Of a DNA stretch of 64,000 nucleotides, positions 61,990 through 64,000 are shown piece after piece. The notes under the pieces were generated by a model. The model saw only the letters and a list, made by a program, of their open reading frames with translations. It was not told the origin of the DNA and searched no databases. A program made the translations under genes and the position numbers. Every line of letters begins with the position of its first letter. Position 1 is the stretch's first letter. Source of the DNA: Lama guanicoe (lineage: Eukaryota); NCBI GenBank assembly GCA_013239625.1, contig MU056216.1, positions 1,962,025 through 2,026,024 of the forward strand, in the 5' to 3' direction.

Positions 61990-63225
61990 AAATGAACATA
62001 GAGGGAAAGTATAGGAGCTGAGAAGCAACAAGGAGCACAGAAATAGCTAAAAATATGTCAGTAAATGTGAATAACTAAGTACAAATTAATACACAGATTT
62101 TTTTTATGTTTAATTAAGAAATACATTAAAACTTTAGATGTAACAAAATGGGAGCATTGAGGAGACAGCGGAGTTACATACACTAAAGAGTGAAGTGTGC
62201 CAGAACTGGTGGTGTGCTCAGCAAGAGGACAGAAATAGAAATAGAAATAAATAAGTAAATACATTAAAAGGACAGAAAAATAACTTATAATTTCCAAGCC
62301 AACAGAGAAAATTATGGGGCACATGGAAAACTTTATTTAATCCATTAGAAAGCAGAAATAGGGGAGAAAGCAAATAAAAACATGGTACATACAACAGAGT
62401 GTAGAAATATGTCTAAATAGATGAATAATCCAATAAATGTAAATAGATTTTACTCACCTATAAAATGGTAGAGATTATCAGAAAGTATAGTCCAACTCTA
62501 TGATGCATATGCATGACACACATAAAACATAACTGCACAGAGAGACAAAAAATAAAGAGAAAGAAAAATGATATATGCTAAATCAGACAAACAGAAAAAC
62601 ATTGTAACAGCAAAAATAAAATGAGCCATAACAGAATTGAAGGCAAAAAGTATTAATAAGATAAAGTGAGACATTGAATAATACTAAGAATGCTACACCA
62701 AGAAAATATAGCAGTCTTCAACGTGTATGTACTTAAAAGCATAGCCCCCAGATATACAAAGCAATATCTTACTGAATTACTAGGAGAAAAGGACAAATTG
62801 ACAACCTCAATGGGAGATTTGAAACTGAGAGCTCTAACTCAAAATGACTAATAAGAATATTGAGGAGTTGAACAACAAAACTAACAAGCTTTATCCGGTA
62901 GATATGAATGGACTTTTACATCAAATAGAAAATATATATTCTTTCCAAGTGCACATCTTTTAAAAATGACCACAAATTACATTACCAAAGAGAGTTCAGC
63001 AACTTCAAAGAACAGCTATTGTTTAAAACATGTTCTTTGCCCAGGATAAAAAAAAAAAAGATTAGAATTCAAAAATAAAATGTGAATTTGAAATGTTTGG
63101 AAAGAAACACAAATGTACTCCTTAAAACTTCTATGAATCATAGAGAAAATCATAATAGAAATTAAAACACTTGTAGAACTGAATGGCAATAAATGCACTA
63201 CACAAAAGGCCCTCAGGAAGTACTC
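61990..63225 (+). mobile_element. Ancient L1 inter-ORF and ORF2 endonuclease fossil
   Basis: 'ataaatgtaaatagattttactcacctataaaatggtagagattatcagaa' corresponds to 'NVNGLNSPIKRQRLSE'; 'atgggagatttg' corresponds to 'GDFN'. Confidence 0.8.
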
Positions 63226-64000
63226 GCTGAACGAGTAAACTAGCATCCAGAGTTTTTGACCCCCAGGCTGATGGCTTTCAGTTGTCATTATGAGAAATAC
63301 AAAGTGAAGTATTTGAAAAAACAATAGGTAAAAATATAGGACCAGGTAAATTCTAAATAAAGATAACAACTTTCAACCTGTTAGGCTAAGACTTCAAAAG
63401 ATACCTAGGCTATCCAGTAGAAAAAACACTTTTAAGACCTCACTATGAATGGCACTATTCTTACCACATATGTGATAAATGGACCAGGAAGAAATCCGGT
63501 TTATAAAAGCAGCAAACAAACAAGAATTCTAGGGGTACAATAATGAGTGAGCCGTTATTAAGAACACCAGCATTCATTAGCTTACTTAACTAACTGAAAA
63601 CCAGAACTTTATGTCATGCATAGAGTCCCAAACCTATCAGCTCCGCATTTAATAGCTTAACTAACGTCTTCAATAAAGTACGAGTTGATAAAACAGAGAA
63701 ATATTTCTTATTTTGCTTATTGTATCTATTTCAATTATTTTCTTCTTAAAGAGGAAAAAAAGGAATTATTTGGAAGAGTAAAATTAACGGGAAAGCAAAT
63801 CGAATGTTTTATACCCTCTTCCAGAACAACAAATATTTCATTCACTTGGGAAGAAACAGCTTTTAACACCAGGTTTCATTTATAGGACTTTGCCTGCATT
63901 TTTGTGTGTACCGTTCAATGGAAAATTACTGTAATAATCCTTACAATTCTAGTCTAGAAATATTTTACCTACAGCACACAAAGGTCATCATTAAGAATAG

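Noticed and set aside
1-64000. Prokaryote-style systems (CRISPR arrays, operons, defence islands) or an intact endogenous viral gene
   Set aside because: Mammalian repeat-rich DNA with no regularly spaced repeat-spacer array and no long ORF; all retroelement coding remnants are disrupted.

Overview
Mammalian non-coding genomic DNA, very probably from a camelid (camel, alpaca or llama). The evidence is five copies of a ~120-150 bp tRNA-derived SINE resembling the tylopod Vic-1 family, young cetartiodactyl-type L1 3' ends, and no Alu, Bov-tA or PRE-1. I find no protein-coding exon, real RNA gene or CRISPR array. All supplied ORFs are short; those with recognisable similarity are fossils of L1 ORF2, L2 RT or ERVL pol. 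Roughly half of the window is interspersed repeats: ancient MIR, L2, L1M, HAL1, MaLR, ERVL and hAT elements, plus lineage-specific L1, SINE and ERV1 insertions with readable target-site duplications (TSDs). The most unusual feature is at 18.5-19.1 kb, an orphan CpG island formed by a 5'-UTR-only L1 insertion without a poly(A) tail, with GC/CpG gain extending into the flanking ancient L1. Also notable are a tail-to-tail inverted pair of young L1s (50.1-51.4 kb), an internally deleted LTR41/ERVL provirus, multi-tier nested insertions and several repeat-free, homeobox-motif-rich blocks that may be enhancers. Repeat subfamily names come from my recollection of consensus sequences and were not checked by search; boundaries of old repeats are approximate. 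I do not see evidence for a new biological system.
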